Positions 26,760-41,792 of a DNA stretch of 64,000 nt are shown here, piece after piece. Below the pieces are notes generated by a model. The model did no database searches. It was not told the DNA's origin and saw only the letters and a program-made list of their open reading frames with translations. Made by a program: the position numbers and the translations under genes. Position 1 is the first letter of the stretch. Every line of letters starts with the position of its first letter. Origin of the DNA: Octopus vulgaris (lineage: Eukaryota); NCBI GenBank assembly GCA_951406725.2, contig OX597832.1, forward strand, positions 9,424,001-9,488,000. The letters run 5' to 3'.

Positions 26760-27715
26760 TATCTTATGATCCAGACACAATACAGGCTACACTTTCAGAG
26801 TTTTGGGATAAAGTTTTCAGAAATATCCCAAAACGTTTACCATTAATTCCTTGAAATGTCCACGGGTCCCGCTACTTTTTATTAAGAGTTCCAGCTTACG
26901 CAGAGTACAAGCAACAGAGAAAATTGAAGGGGTTGAAAAGAAGTGTTATAAGTCCAGCAACTATTTCTGAGGGCTCGGTAGATTTAGTTCGTCACAATAT
27001 GCGGCCATATGAAGGAAATTTACATAAGATAAGCCGAGACTTCGTCATCAGAATCGAAATAGTTCTTTCCTTTCAGATCTTAAGGCAGAGAAGTACAAAG
27101 ATGGAATGGATATATGTGGATAGCTAACTATAGTAGATGGGGGCTACGGGTTATTAAGACATGGAATGGTGAGAGGAGAAAAGATAGTGAAAAAAGAATG
27201 AGCGTTTAATAATGAGAGTACTAAGGGAGAATATTAATCTCTCATATATATACCTTATGTAAATGGATCAAAGAAATGAAGACTTCGACTGAAAGAGCGC
27301 AGATCCTGTTCAGATCTAAGATCCCTAACTCAATATTGAAGTCCACGTCCGAAATTTTCAGTGGTTGCATGCATAATGTATATTCTAAAGAATTGGAAAA
27401 TTCCACCTATTCCTGACTCACTTGATATCTTTCCAGTATAATCATTTAAAGTCTAATGAGGACAGCTCTTCTACCTTTTCACCTTTTACATTTTTGTTTT
27501 TGACATTTTAGCATCTGTATTTCGTTTACCGTTGTTTACTGTCTGCGCTTTCCATATACTGTCTCCTGAGATTTTTTTGCGTTTCTTCTATTATTCAATT
27601 CTTTTTTAGTTCGTTATGATATGTGGTTTGCGCCTGAAGAACATGTTTGAGTCTTCTCAACATATAGAACTATTAGTAGCACTGTAATACATGTATTGTG
27701 ACTTTAAACAAACAA
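26760..27715 (+). mobile_element. Decayed Penelope-like element with pLTR (family C) and hammerhead relic at 27627-27684
   Basis: YIPYVNGS..ILFRSK relic near 27245-27325; gcgc-CTGAAGA-acatgtttgag-tctt-ctcaacata-tAGAAC-tatta-GTA-gcac; followed by a long (TA)n. Confidence 0.5.
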
Positions 27716-27774
27716 TATTTATCTCCCACATGTGGAGTATTTTTGTTTCAATTTTCTATCACGGATAAGTAAGT

Positions 27775-28071
<297 letters not shown>

Positions 28072-28079
28072 AATGAAGA

Positions 28080-28345
28080 CACATGGCTAAGTGGTTAGGG
28101 CATTAAACTCTAGATCATTAGGTAGTGTGTCCGATTCCTGGACCCGGCTGCGTCTTCTGCTCTTCAGTAAGACACTTTATTTAACGTTGCTCCAGTACTA
28201 GTACGTTCAACTGTAGAAATGAGTTGCGGCGTAATTGGTGCCAATCTGTACCGGCCTTTGCTTTTCCTTTTGTTAACATTGGAGAAGGGAAACTTTCATG
28301 CGTGGGCGACGGTTTGTCTTCCATAAACGACTTTGTACCCAATTG
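28080..28345 (+). mobile_element. tRNA-derived SINE family F
   Basis: A-box tggctaagtgg; body aagacactttatttaacgttgctccagt is shared with 43745-44000. Confidence 0.65.
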
Positions 28346-28377
28346 TTCTTAGTACAATTCTAATCTGGTGGGGTGGG

Positions 28378-28600
28378 GGCGCATGACTTAGTGGTTAGAG
28401 TTGTGCATTGAGAAAAAACGGTTCACGTTGCTCTGCGATCACTTCGATAACTAACGCCTGGTACATAGAGCACTGGTTCAGACGACGTCGATCTGATAGA
28501 GGGGGAGTGAGCTAATTTGCGGCACGAACATTTGATCATTATAAACAGATGATTTTTGTAGGTCTTTCGCCTAAAAGCTATATGCTCATAGGTCTTCTTC
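28378..28600 (+). mobile_element. SINE family D
   Basis: gcgcatgacttagtggttagagt..ttgctctgcgatcacttcga..ggtacatagagcact is shared with 31653-31780. Confidence 0.7.
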
Positions 28601-31081
28601 GACGGGAGAGTCCATCGTGTATATAAATATAGTTTCTCGAACATCAAACTAATGCACTTTCTTATCGTTCCTTCTTTGTCTTTTGTTTTCTGTAGTTTTG
28701 AACGATATATACATATTTGTATGTGTGGGGGGGGGTGTATATGTGTGTGTATGCTGGTCTATATATCTTACGAATTATATCGACATACTTATAGATATTA
28801 AGAGCTATTTATGGACAATTACGTACTATAAATATACTAAGACGAGTCACCACACATACTTATTTATGTTTCATACTAATTTATATTTGTTGTCACATGC
28901 AACTAGATATCAAGTTTATATGAGTACTTATTTTAAATTCTTGGCAGAGAATGTACAATTTATGATTAGAATGTTTAATTTCGGAACTGAAATATTGTTT
29001 GAATTTCGAGAATGTACAATTAGAAATTGCAGGAATGTAGATTTACATAATTATATAGGAATTTAAATGTTTCCAATTAGTGGAGACATTCGCGTTTCTC
29101 TCTTGTTTACATCTGACGTGCAATGGAATACTACAACCACGTGACCAATAACCGCTTGAATCTAACTGCCGAAGGCTGTTCAGTAATTGGCGACGATCGA
29201 CTTTATAATTTTAGTTTCTTATGCAAATTGATTATTAATTCTTTATTATCATCAGTAAAGTGTTGTAGTATGATTCCAAAACTGCTGTATATCCTATACT
29301 TGTATTACTCTGCTGATGAAACATACACAGTGGCAGCTAATGTGAAGCCCTTAATATGCATACAATAAATCACTTAAATTTTGCTGTCCGCCTCATTGAA
29401 GCTGTGTTATTTATTATCTCTTCCTGAACGGAAAACAGGAACAAAAGAAGCAAGGGGAATAACCTTCTATATAGAATTAACAATAAGGATGAAGCGTTGT
29501 AGTGAAGAAATGCTATAATAACAATAAGTAATGAACAGGAATACATCGAATATAATTAAACTACACACAATTACACGAAGCGGTCCGTCGCCTTTTTCTC
29601 GGTGGTTATTGACATTACCTGGCAAATTTGAATAACATTTCAGCTACACGCCAGAGTTTGATTCGTCCTATTCCGGTAATGCGTATACGCAAAAGACGGG
29701 ACCTCCTACGAATACAATGCCTCCTGCTGAAGGATGTAAACATAGTCGTTCAAAGACTATGTCACTCTATGTATTCATTCATGAGGTCTTGTCGCCATGA
29801 TGTCTGTATGCCATCTATGTTCAAATGAGAAGAAAATCTAAATTCATTATAAATACATCAATTAGATTACTGTAATCATCCGGTTACATTCATGCACAAC
29901 GCGTAGCGTTACAGCTCTTTAGACCTTCGATATGTATCTTTGCTGAGATATGATTTTAACTAGTAAAATTCCATTTATAAATTAGATTCAATGAATGCTT
30001 TATCTCAGTACGAATACCACTTACGAAAATGGAAAAGAGAGTGATTTAGTGATTAGGGTGTTCAATTCGCTTCCTGGACCGGATGGTGCTTTGATTAATT
30101 CTTTCTTTGAGTACGTCACTTCGTTCATCATTTTACTATCAAATTCAAATGAAATTGATGACTGGCAATAACTGACAGAGTACATTCGAGGAAGCATACA
30201 TGTCGTTTTTGTAAGAGACTTTTTACAAAGGACCGCTTAAATTGCATTGGAGACCGAGGTAAACCCTATCCTATTGTGCCTGCATGTTCCTAATAGGCTT
30301 AACTTAAGGGAAGTATATAAAAACATATGTGGTGGAGAGCAACTGTAAGAAAAGTAAGGAGAAAAAGTACGCGGGACACTGTGTGACTATGATGAAAATG
30401 TTATACAAGACTATGTTTTTATTTTCTGTGAACGGTTGGATTATTAAATTAGTCTAAGGAAATTGAAATTTCACCAACGTGTATTGTCTTAGGCTAATTG
30501 TTTAAATATTCCGAAAAAACTAACAGAAATCTAAGAAGTGGGAAATCATCATTGCATTCTGTAAAACATGTCGGAGATATGAACTCCAAAGAACAGCTTT
30601 ACAGCACGTGGAATATTAAAAACGAAAGTGAAATTAGAGTGGCTTTTCTCAAAAGAATACCGAAGGATAGAAAGAAAAATACAGAATGTAAAGACAGCTT
30701 AGCAAACAAGACCAGCGGCTTAAATTCTCGATCGATCCGAGCGAAATTTAAAATAATTTTTTCGTCAAAACATATTTGGACAGGACTAGCAAAAATAAAA
30801 ATAAAAGTATGTTTAGAAACACAACATATCTTAATTGACACGTTATATACGTTGCCTCGCAGCATATTTCCATCATAATCTATTTGCATCACGAAGAAAA
30901 CTTTATAAATATCTAAATAAATACATGAATATAAATATCGCCTGATCGATAAACATACACATTTTATCTGGTAACCAAACCATATGTGAATTTGATCGAG
31001 ATTCAAGTATTTATAAACCGGTCAGTATATATCATCTGCAGTAGAGTATTTATATCTATCAATCTCTTGAATCTCTGTATC

Positions 31082-31144
<63 letters not shown>

Positions 31145-31652
31145 CTGTGTCTGCATATGCATATATTTATGTACACTGCAAATACACACAAACACACACA
31201 CGCATACACTGTTGTGTATTCATTCGCACGCCTGCATATTTACATGCATACAAATAGGAATTTCGTTCATTAAAACAGCAGAGATGTACATTGTCTATAT
31301 TGCCGACGACTTTGGTTCCACAAAAGAATTATTCCTCAAAACAAATGGGTACAACCAGAAAGAAAAGTACATGAGTTTATAGTTACTCATGAGAAATGTC
31401 AAAAAAAGTGTTTATATAAATGCAGACAAAGAATGCGTGATAATAAGAGAGATAAACACTCAGGGAATAACAGAATATAAGTACTACAATATAGGTGAGT
31501 ACGCGAGTTAGCAAGGATCAACTAAATCATATTTACGATTCTTCCTTTTTGCTTTGCTCTGTGTCCTCGTTACTAGATTATTTATAGAGTATGGTTTTCT
31601 CATGTGTCAATTCTTTTAAATATTTGGCATTTATAGATCAACTTCACATACG

Positions 31653-31780
31653 TTGCGCATGGCTTAGTGGTTAGAGTGGTGCGTTGTGCTTTTAAGAAAG
31701 ATCACTTCATTACCTTGCTTTGCGATCTCTTCGACCTCTAACGTTTGGTACATAGAGTACTTATTCAGACAACGTCGAGA
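31653..31780 (+). mobile_element. SINE family D, deleted copy
   Basis: Similar to 28378-28500. Confidence 0.65.
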
Positions 31781-32804
31781 ATTTAAACACGGAATCATGT
31801 ATGAATTTCTACAGAAACACAGGACATTCATTTGGATGTCAAAGTAAACGCATATAAACCTAAATATGCATGTATTTATGGATGATATTTAATAAACTTT
31901 ATATAGCTAAAACAACAAACAAAACCAGTAAGGTAATCAAACAGCAATTTATCTTATCTGGTACATGTAACTTTTCTCTTTATATATTTATTTAATGCAA
32001 ATGCTCCAAATAGCAACTTTTATATAGAAGATACACAAAATAGATTCAATAAAAGGAATTGCACAAAGGGGAATGCTGTCCACAGTAAGAAAACAGACAA
32101 GAGGTTTAATTCTGCAAAGCCATTTTTTCTTTATGGGAAACAAAATGAAATAATACAACAGCAACAGCAATAACAATAACAACTACAACAACGACTATGA
32201 TAGAGATTCGAATAGTCAAACGACATGCAACTATTGGTGAGTATGCGCAATCAAATTCCTCTGTACCGAAATTACCAACGTACGCTGTATTAGAAAATGT
32301 AAAGTTTCATATGCATTCAAAGGAATTGTTGTGGCTAAAAAAATATTCTCAGTAGTCAACTCGGTGAACAATATCTAGAAATATTTACAGAAAAGGAAAA
32401 TGTCACAAAATGTAATTCGCAAATTTTGTTTTAATATCTATCCTTTTGGAATCATCAGTTTTTGTCGTTTTTTCATATATTCACAGGCAACTCAAAACCA
32501 TAAAGTTTTCTTGTACATATACATTATATATGAGTAAACACTCTGACACACGTACAGTCGCACACACATATCTGTATATGTAGAAACATAAACACACACA
32601 CACACAAAGACACAAACACACACACAAAGACACAAACACACACGTATATATAATACATATATATATTCAGCTATCTATCAGCGCGTTTGCGTATGTTCGA
32701 ATTTTAACGCGATTGATCTATTGAAAAATAAACTTAATACATAGAAAACTTTCGTGTGAAACTACAAAGTTAAAATGAGTTATATAAGTTGTGTATGTAG
32801 CAGT

Positions 32805-32919
<115 letters not shown>

Positions 32920-32932
32920 GTATATGTATATA

Positions 32933-32975
<43 letters not shown>

Positions 32976-33974
32976 GTATATGTGTGATATGAGCGTCCAT
33001 GCGTGTGTAGTTATAATACGGAATGCTTTATATGAGTAATTACATTTTATAAGTCGAACATTTAGTAATTAATTTTGTGATACTCGTTTTTATTATTTTT
33101 CCCTGAAAATATATAATACACTACGTAAATAGTTTTTAATCTTACGTGTAAATTACGCATACTTCACAATTAAATTATCTTAAATAACTACTTTTGTGAA
33201 ACAGTTCACTACCCGCGTATATTTCCAAATGAAAATTCAGAACTATACCTGCAAACATTCAATCTATTAACATTATTACCAAAAATATGAAAATACGATT
33301 AATAAACTCTTGCTTATCTTAAACTGTTAATAGACGAGTGAACGTTGAAATGGTGCCAAACGTCGCAAAAGAGAAGATCAAATGAGATTTAATTCATTAT
33401 AAAACGAAAATTCCTAATAGTAAACAGACATATCGTGTACTGACAACAAGATATAGAAATAGGTTGTTTGTAAATTCTCTATAACATGGTATTTTTACTG
33501 CATGTGACAGCATTTTAATGTCGTTATTCTCCATCTTAAATGCGAGAACGGAATGAAAATTGAAGAAATAAAGATAAAAAGTAATTGGTATAGCTGTTGT
33601 TTAGTTGTTATTAACTTTGCGTTCTCTATTTGTATTATTTTGTATATACACAAATTTCCTTCTGTCTATATCTAAAGCTTATTCATACATACACATGAAA
33701 TACGCTAAGACAGGAAACGTACAGATTTTTTTACGATTGTATGAGATTCAATGGTGTCGTGTTATATATATATATATATATATATATAAATCAAGATATA
33801 CTATTAACTGAAACTTCGAATGCTTCATCTGCTGAGTAAATCTACGCAAACATTATTTCCCAATATATCAACATACTTACAATATATGTCCCTCCTTTAT
33901 TACAAATGCATTTTATAATTTCAAATGTAGAAATGTATAATATTTTCCTACAACGTCTAAAGCTACAGTACAAT

Positions 33975-35058
33975 AATAAATTGACCAAAAGTCCGTTTTT
34001 AAGCAAAAATAAGACACAAATTTGGGATAGAATGCGAAATATTCAATTACTGTATCTTTTGCTATATTGCGGGAAGACACATCTTTTCCTTTTGATATTT
34101 TTTTTTCATTTTTACTGGCAGAAGACTCGTCGAAATAATTTTTTACTTCCTCAGCATTGAAGGTCTTCCGTTTCAATGGATTTAGGAAAAACCGAAAGAG
34201 GTAGAAATCTGAAGTTGGGGTGAATGTACAGGGTGCAGTAAAACTTCCCAGTCGAGCTACAGTAAGTTCTGTCGCGTCTGAAAAGAAATGTGCTGTCTAG
34301 AAGTGTCCTGATGGAAGACGCTTGAGGTGCAACGCTGCATTTCACGTGTCTCAATGACCTGAGAAAGGGGGGTTTCTAAAAGACAACACGCTTTATATCA
34401 CAACAAGTTGAAATTATAATATTCTTCGTGTAAAGTTCTGTTTTTTAATGTTGTTTGCGGTGGTTCGCCGCACTTCTCTAATCGTCTACGCTTTACATTT
34501 TAATAGACAATACAAGTTTTCTTCTCACTCAATATTGTCTCCGAAAACGAATAATTTACTTCACGTTTTAGCAAACAAGCGCAGGGGGAATTTCATTGAG
34601 GTTGGCCTCATTCACTTGGTGTGGCAACCAAATGTCGAGTGACGTAAGCACTTTGATATATATGATTTTGATCACTAGATTTTGTAATTTGGTGTATATC
34701 TGCAGCAATCCTGGTCGGAAAACAGCCTATGGTGTGACTGTTGATTACAACTGGTATTTCACAGTAGGGTGGATATTGAGTCAAATAGAATAGTTTTTCC
34801 GAACGAAGACTTGACACCAATTTAAAACAAACATTCCGGAGCAGTATCCCCTTCAACGATAACACATATTTTCCGACGGTTTTTGGTGCCGTTTTGCATC
34901 TTCTTAAAAATGTGTCGGTAATGTGGCTCTCCATATTCAGAGTGATCGCATCACACAAATGACAAGCTCTCATCCCGCAACTTCGTATCTATGAGCATCG
35001 AAGTGTCAAGTATCTAGCAAATACGTATCACAAAGGGCGGACAAATGCCAGCTAATTA
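33975..35058 (-). mobile_element. Decayed near-full-length mariner (DD34D-type) transposon
   Basis: Minus-strand relics LDIWLPHQVNEANL (WVPHEL motif), IVY*NVKRRR..GEPPQTT, HPVHSP (HPPYSP) and KTFNAEEVKNYFDE; TIR-like relics at both ends. Confidence 0.8.
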
Positions 35059-35391
35059 TTAGAGATTTTGTAGTCTAGTGTTAACAAAAACCGAAGTGGT
35101 TTGCTAGCCGACCCAATACTCACTACATTTAGTAAGAACCGTGCTTCGACGACTGTTTTAATCACCAAATAACCACGTACTGCTTGGTGATCAGTACTTA
35201 CGCTGTCAATAAACCTGATTCTACAAGTGACACACATGTCAGAAAAAAAGACACTATTCACACATTCATACACGTCCATGAATTCATTTATTCACGCACA
35301 CGCATAGAAACAAACATTTATATATATATATATATAAATGTGTGTGTGTGTGTGTGTGTGTTTGTGTGTGTGAGTGTGCGTGTGTGTGTTA

Positions 35392-36125
35392 GATAAGTTG
35401 AGACAACAAGGCCAACGCAATGGGATATTTCTAGGATATTTATAAAGAGAAAGGTTGCCTTACAGCTGTTTCATAAAAAGAAATGATATCTCATCTTCAT
35501 AGACCAGTTAAGAGAGTTTGAGTAGAAATAATTCATTACGCACGAAGCTATTTTGGAAAGGGGGAAGTACAGAAAGTATAAAAGGAAATATGAAAATAAA
35601 AACACATGTTAGATGTTAAAGTTGCTGTTACGCCATTTAAGGAATCTGGTGTGTAGAATAGGTAAAGAGGCCTCTTGCCCATGTTACGTAAATTCCGATA
35701 GGAGTTCATATGTTGTTATTTCAAATGGGTAGTATGTAGATATTAATTCCCTGCGCTGTTCATTCAAAAGGATCTTGTAGTGTAAACGGAAGTTTGTGAA
35801 TATAGTGTCAGGGGAACGTAGGTAGAAAGAATATATAACAATGTTAGAAGGAAGAAAAATGGTATCAGTCAAACGGATAAGGTGAGAAAAAGAGAAGGAA
35901 AACGGGAGTGCTGGATACTGTTCAAGATTATGTGAGTGGGTAGGGAGAGCAGTGCAATCAGTAGGTAAAATGAATAGGGGATCCTGGGTAACATGAATAA
36001 AAGGAATCCTGGGCCCCACCCATCGGTTGTAAAACCTAATAAAATGAACGAAATGCACAGATTAACGGCAAGGAAGCAGCCTTTAATTTTGTTTGCTGCC
36101 ACGATGGTTTGAAGAGCACCACGAA
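35392..36125 (-). mobile_element. Penelope-like element 3' relic with hammerhead at 35457-35505
   Basis: Minus strand: GGTCT-aTGAAGA-tgagatatcatttctttttat-GAAAC-AGCT-GTA-AGGC, with palindromic stem III ACAGCTGT. Upstream coding similarity is weak. Confidence 0.55.
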
Positions 36126-36169
36126 ACAATGCAGTTGATTGTTATTTTTATCTAGCAAATATAACATAT

Positions 36170-37766
36170 TTCAATGCTTCTTCTAGAAAATATATCAAAT
36201 ATTCCAACCTTCCCTTAGCTATGAGAACTGCTGCCACTCAGATTATCTCCAAGTCCATACTCTCCCAGCAAATAAGAATCCTCTTCCTTCATCAGATGAA
36301 GAAATGCATTCAGGGGTAAGATTCTTCCATGTCGATCACTTCTGAAGACAAGGTCTCTTTTTATTCAGGTGCAAGTAGCAATGAACTCCACTGGATCACG
36401 TACGAAGATCTGAATGACCTTGACGTGATTTGTATCTATCTAAGCATATGTCAGAGCTCCTGTCGTTCCGGCTTACGCAGTGGGATCTGGTCAAAGCAGA
36501 TGTAAGGATCATTCTTCAACATAGAAGACGTTGTGCTACTGCACAAATATCTCTGGCCTCTTCACCTTCGTTGATTTCCCACACAATCCCACAGAGTGGC
36601 GTCTTTTCATGGACTCCTCCAAGCGAAATCTGAAGGCTGTGCTTCTACACAATGTGAATAAATACCCCAGACTTCCCATTGAGTACTCAGGCCAACTCAA
36701 TGGGTCAAATGACAATATGGAGATACTTTTAGAAGCTGTCATATACAACCATTACCAGCGGAGTTTCTGCGAGGACCTCAAAGTCATCGTGCTCCTTATG
36801 GCTATGCAAGCGGGCCTCACAAAGTACTGTTGCTTTTTCTGTCTCTGAGCAAGTCGGGCTGTGTCGAAGGACTATAAGCTGAAGGACTGGGGATCTAGGA
36901 GCATTTTTGAGCCTGGTGTCCAAGAAAATCCTCTGGTTGACCATGAACGATGTGCTTCTTATTCATTTTCACATCAAGCTTGGTTTAATGAAGTATTTTG
37001 TGTAGTCCATGGACAAAGGTTTTGCTGCATTCCAGCATTTGTGCACTCTGTTCCTACCTGCTGATTTCAAGGAGGGTATCCTCGTCGGACTTCAGATCCG
37101 AGATGTGCTGAAGGATAAGGACTTCGAGGACCTTCTTACCTTCAATGAACTGAGAGCATGGGAACCATTTATGTCAGTCTGCCATGGCTTCTTTATTAAC
37201 ACACGTGTACTGGATTACCAAGTGTGTATCGAGAAGTTGTTACAGACTTATGAGAATATGAAATGCTGAATATCATTCAAAATTCACTTTCTCCACTCCC
37301 GCACCCACGTCTTCCCTCCGAAGCTCGGAGCAGTGAGAGATGAGCATGGAAAAATGTTACACCAAGATATTACTAAGATGACAGCAACGACAAAAGCTTG
37401 CGTGACATCGTGGAGGCAAATTACATAAGATCGTCCGAAAACTCACTTCTATCTCCCTACTGCACTATAATTTGTGTGTAGAGTATTATGGAAGTAATTT
37501 AATTCAATCAATGTTCTGTATTTATGCTGTTCTTTTCTTTCTGTAATATGCATTTGTCACAAATGAAATAAACATAATATATTTTTTATTTATATGCAGT
37601 ATAATTAAAACGGGAAATGTGAAAGCAACAAAAAAAAAAACTCCAAGTGATAGAACAAAACTGTTCAGGAAATTGAATTCACCACATGAAAATTAGTAAA
37701 AAATAACTATTCACATAATTGCCTCAGAGCAAATATATATACACATATATATATTGTAAATCTGTG
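36170..37766 (+). mobile_element. Decayed Chapaev3-like (CMC) DNA transposon
   Basis: WRLFMDSSKRNLKAVLLHN, DLKVIVLLMAMQAGLTKYCCFFCL, KEGILVGLQIR and SFKIHFLHS..LGAVRDEHG..HQDI; 3' terminus ..ctgtg|taa. Family name assigned from memory of these motifs. Confidence 0.75.
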
Positions 37767-39841
37767 TAATCTTTAACCATATTTCTTAAGGCTTTCAATA
37801 TGCCTCAAGCATGTATGACCTGGTAACAAACCTGCTGCATCAGCAGTAATGTGTTTATAGCTGCTGAAAAGGCATAATCACTCTTTAAATTAATGTAGGC
37901 GACCATTTAAACAAAAATAACTTTAAAACATTTACTAAAATATGAAACAGCAACCTCGACGTTTTTGCCGAACCTTGTAGAAATAGTAACCTATTCTAGC
38001 TCGGAGCACATCCTGTTCCATCTGGATAAAAATGTAACACTGATTAATGTCGCTGTCTTTATTCTGAGTGACAAATAGATGCATCATGATATTTATGAAA
38101 TTGATCTTAATTTTAGTTTGAGAGGATTGACTTTTTTCTCAACCACAATCAAAACGACAAAAAGTTGCAACATAGTGTCACTCACATTACGCCCACAACC
38201 ACAATTTCCGCGCAGGCATGCTTACTCACTGGATTTCGCTTCAAAAGTCAACAGTGAAATATTGAGGCACATGGTAATTTTCGGGTATTCTTTGACTGAT
38301 GTTTCGCAGGAGCAATTTACTCTAACACCACGTAGTTGGCTCGACTTCTAGCATATGTGTAAACTTCATTAAATACATTCGCTTGTGGCAGATAATTCTA
38401 TCACAAACGAATTTAAGCTATGTAATTTTTCGGGTTTCTGCTCCGTTCCTCTTTAGAAAATTGAAACTCATGTGTTCTAATTGGCCTGTGGATATGAAGG
38501 AAGAAGTCGGATCACGATGTATTGAGGTTGAACACGAAATCCTTTAATTTGAAATTTCAACCAAACAATATGTGCAGTCTCAAAAATTTCTGAGTTTAAT
38601 AAATATAGAAAAAATGTAATATATTGAATTATATAAATTCAAATGTAACATATTACTTAATCAGTATATTAATCAGTTAGACTATAATTGTACTTATTCA
38701 AACATGAATCAATGCATAGGGAACATGTCCAATATATTCTAATCGGTTCCACATTGAACAAAAGAATATACATAATTGGAAACTGCTTTATCAGTAGAAT
38801 CGTAACCATTTGATTCTCTTCTCAATTCTTATACTGTAGTTAACTGCTAAATATGTACAATTCAAATTAGGCAGTAGAAGGAAGCCAGCGGGAATCCACA
38901 TTAGTGGCTCTTTATCCACTACAGGAGCTTACATAAAGACGTCCCCAGCATTATCCCTCTTCAAAAAACTATAACTTTAAGAAAGATAACGCATTTAATG
39001 TTTTTATTACTAGCAATATGTTGATTGTAATACAAAATTATATGGTATTCATCATTGTATTGCAATGCACTCGTTAATCTTTAGTTGACTATTGATTTAA
39101 CATTCATGAACTCAAAACATAAGTAGCAAAAATAAAAGAAAATATTAAAATTAAAGTGGAAAAACCAATATTAAAAACGATGTACATTATAGTTTCTTTT
39201 AATTAGTATTCCTTGATCATAATTTGCATATAGTTTGGAAAAACTATATTATTGATTTAGTCTAAAAATTCAATTAATTTACTTTTAGTCAATGTATTAG
39301 ACAAACTATATCCCTCTATCAATAGTAATTAAGAATGGCACTCAGATATTTCACGGTGATAAAATAATTTTGAATGAAAAAAAAAATAATAACACGTACA
39401 TAGATTTAATTGTCAGTGTGCGCATGCGTATGTGTGTGAAAGTGTGCGTTAAAATAATTTCAAATTAATACAAGGCAAAAACTACATAATTACACTGTTA
39501 ATGAACTGACTAAAATAAAATGTTTAAACCTTTATGCATTGAGAGTAATTAATTCTAATTAATTTGCTATTTTAATTTCTAAATATATAATTTTATTTTG
39601 TTTTCGAGTTTAAAATTTACTTTTCTACGGTACGCATTTTGAGCATTTTGTATTGACTTTTCCTTTAAACTGAAATGCAGTATAAGTGCCATGTATACAT
39701 TGAGCAACATACTTCTAATAGAATTATCTATCTTTCTATCAATTTATCTCTATCTATCTGTCTATCTACTAATATATATGCGTGTGTGTGTGTGTGTACG
39801 TGTGCGTGCGTATGTGTGTGTATATATACATACCCATATTC

Positions 39842-39900
<59 letters not shown>

Positions 39901-40001
39901 TACATGCCTTCTACCTTCCCGTCGACATATATATTTATAATTTGCGAATGTATATGAGTACTTATCCCTCACTATATTTCTCTCAATTTCTGCCTCACAT
40001 T

Positions 40002-40002
<1 letters not shown>

Positions 40003-40061
<59 letters not shown>

Positions 40062-40062
40062 A
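40003..40062 (+). repeat. (TCTA)n microsatellite
   Basis: Seen directly. Confidence 0.95.
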
Positions 40063-41202
40063 ATTCTATCTATCATCTATCGTTCTATATATCCATCTAT
40101 CCATCTATATATCTGTGTATGTGTGTGTATGTGAGTATGTTTGTGTGTGTGTGTGAGCATATGCATATAACTTTATCTATACAGTAAAAACTTTTTTCTC
40201 CATCTTTAATATTTTATTGCATATCACAGGGGAAAAAAACATGTTTATAAAATTTTCAGAGATATTTTTAGGCGTCTATGGAAAGAAAAATAATACTATG
40301 CTGCAGACGAATACTTATCCCAAGGGGTAAAAGTAATTTGCCTCCGTCCATTTGAATATTATAACGGAGTTAAAGACATACACAAACATTTCCTAATATC
40401 GATTTATTCAGAAACAATGTAAATAAATATTCTGTCACATGTTTCAATCCAGATATTTCATCGTAGGTAACGGAAAATATCAACGGAAAATAAAAACAAA
40501 ATATTTTTTCTCGTAGAATATTAATACTTTTTACACAGCCGCGCCCCTGCTACAGCATTACATACAACTTTTGTTTTAGTCTAATGCATCAACCAGCATA
40601 TTTATTCTAAACGATCCTAATTTATAAATCAGTATTTGCTGAAAGATTTAAGCGTCACATGTCGGTACAAATGAAGATAAAGCCATGTATCATTTAACAC
40701 ATATATTCACAATCACAGATGTATACAATCATATATATTTGTACACATACCAAACAAAATACACAAAATCCCACAGACACACTCTTATCGCACCCCACCA
40801 CAGACATATATACGACTAACACCATAATAATTCATACTACCTGAAGTAGGCAATCAAATTTTTCATTTCATGTCATGATTAGGTGAATGCTGCTTAAAGC
40901 AAGAATAATTTTGTTTCAATAATTATTACTGAAATTTTTTATTGCTTACTTTATTCTGATATAGTATATTTTCCACTTTTCCAGGATCTCCTCTTGATAT
41001 ATTACAAAATTTATAAAAGTTTGAAAACTATAGTAATGATCAATAAGATGTTTTAAATTTTGTTTCGTGACTGAGATATAATTAGAATATGATCATTAAT
41101 AACAAATGCAAATTAAATTTAAACATAAGCTATATTTCATCATACCAGAGCGGTTTGAATTATTTTTTGATGTCTAAAGCATGTACGTAACATCTCTATT
41201 AC

Positions 41203-41792
41203 ACACTAGTGCTTACGTCTAATAAACTCAATCATCATTTGTACCAATAAAGTCCTACGTATATCCAATTATATTATTTGAATTTACTTTCCAAATTTCA
41301 TGTAACGATCACTATATTATAGGAACAAACAAGGTAAAAGTTATACTTGTTTCTCTAATGTAAAAACTCCTACCTCATGTTAATCCAACAACAATTTCGG
41401 CCAAATTTCGTTAATCGGTAAATCAAAAGTCACCTTACGCTGTGCTTGAGTGGCCTAGGTAAAAATGTATTTGTCTCACCCGTCCTTAGCGCATAACCCA
41501 TCTGTATTAGTTTTCAAGAAAATTAGTTAAAAACTTTAAAATTTATGGCAGAAAACATATTTCATGTGAGAATTTGCATTGAAACGTCCTAATGCTTTTT
41601 GAAAGTCGATGCCGATTAAATATCGATTTAAAAAAGTTCCCTGTACGTAAGTGACCGCAGTGGGATAAGCTTCCTACATGTGCCATGTTTCAAGATCGGC
41701 TGGATAGTCTAAGAGGAGTTAAAGCAACAAATTCACAAATTCACGTACACACACAGACAGAAACAGACAGAAGTTGCCATTTATGTATATAG
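41203..41792 (+). mobile_element. Non-autonomous Helitron/Helentron-like element (DINE/Lep1-like architecture)
   Basis: actag start; terminal tgtgccatgtttcaagatcggctggatagt..(ACAG)-rich tract..ccatttatgtatatag. Confidence 0.4.

Noticed and set aside
29300-29340. ctgCTGATGAAACatacacagtgg, a possible hammerhead with stem II deleted
   Set aside because: The core boxes overlap, there is no cleavage triplet and no second copy to test.
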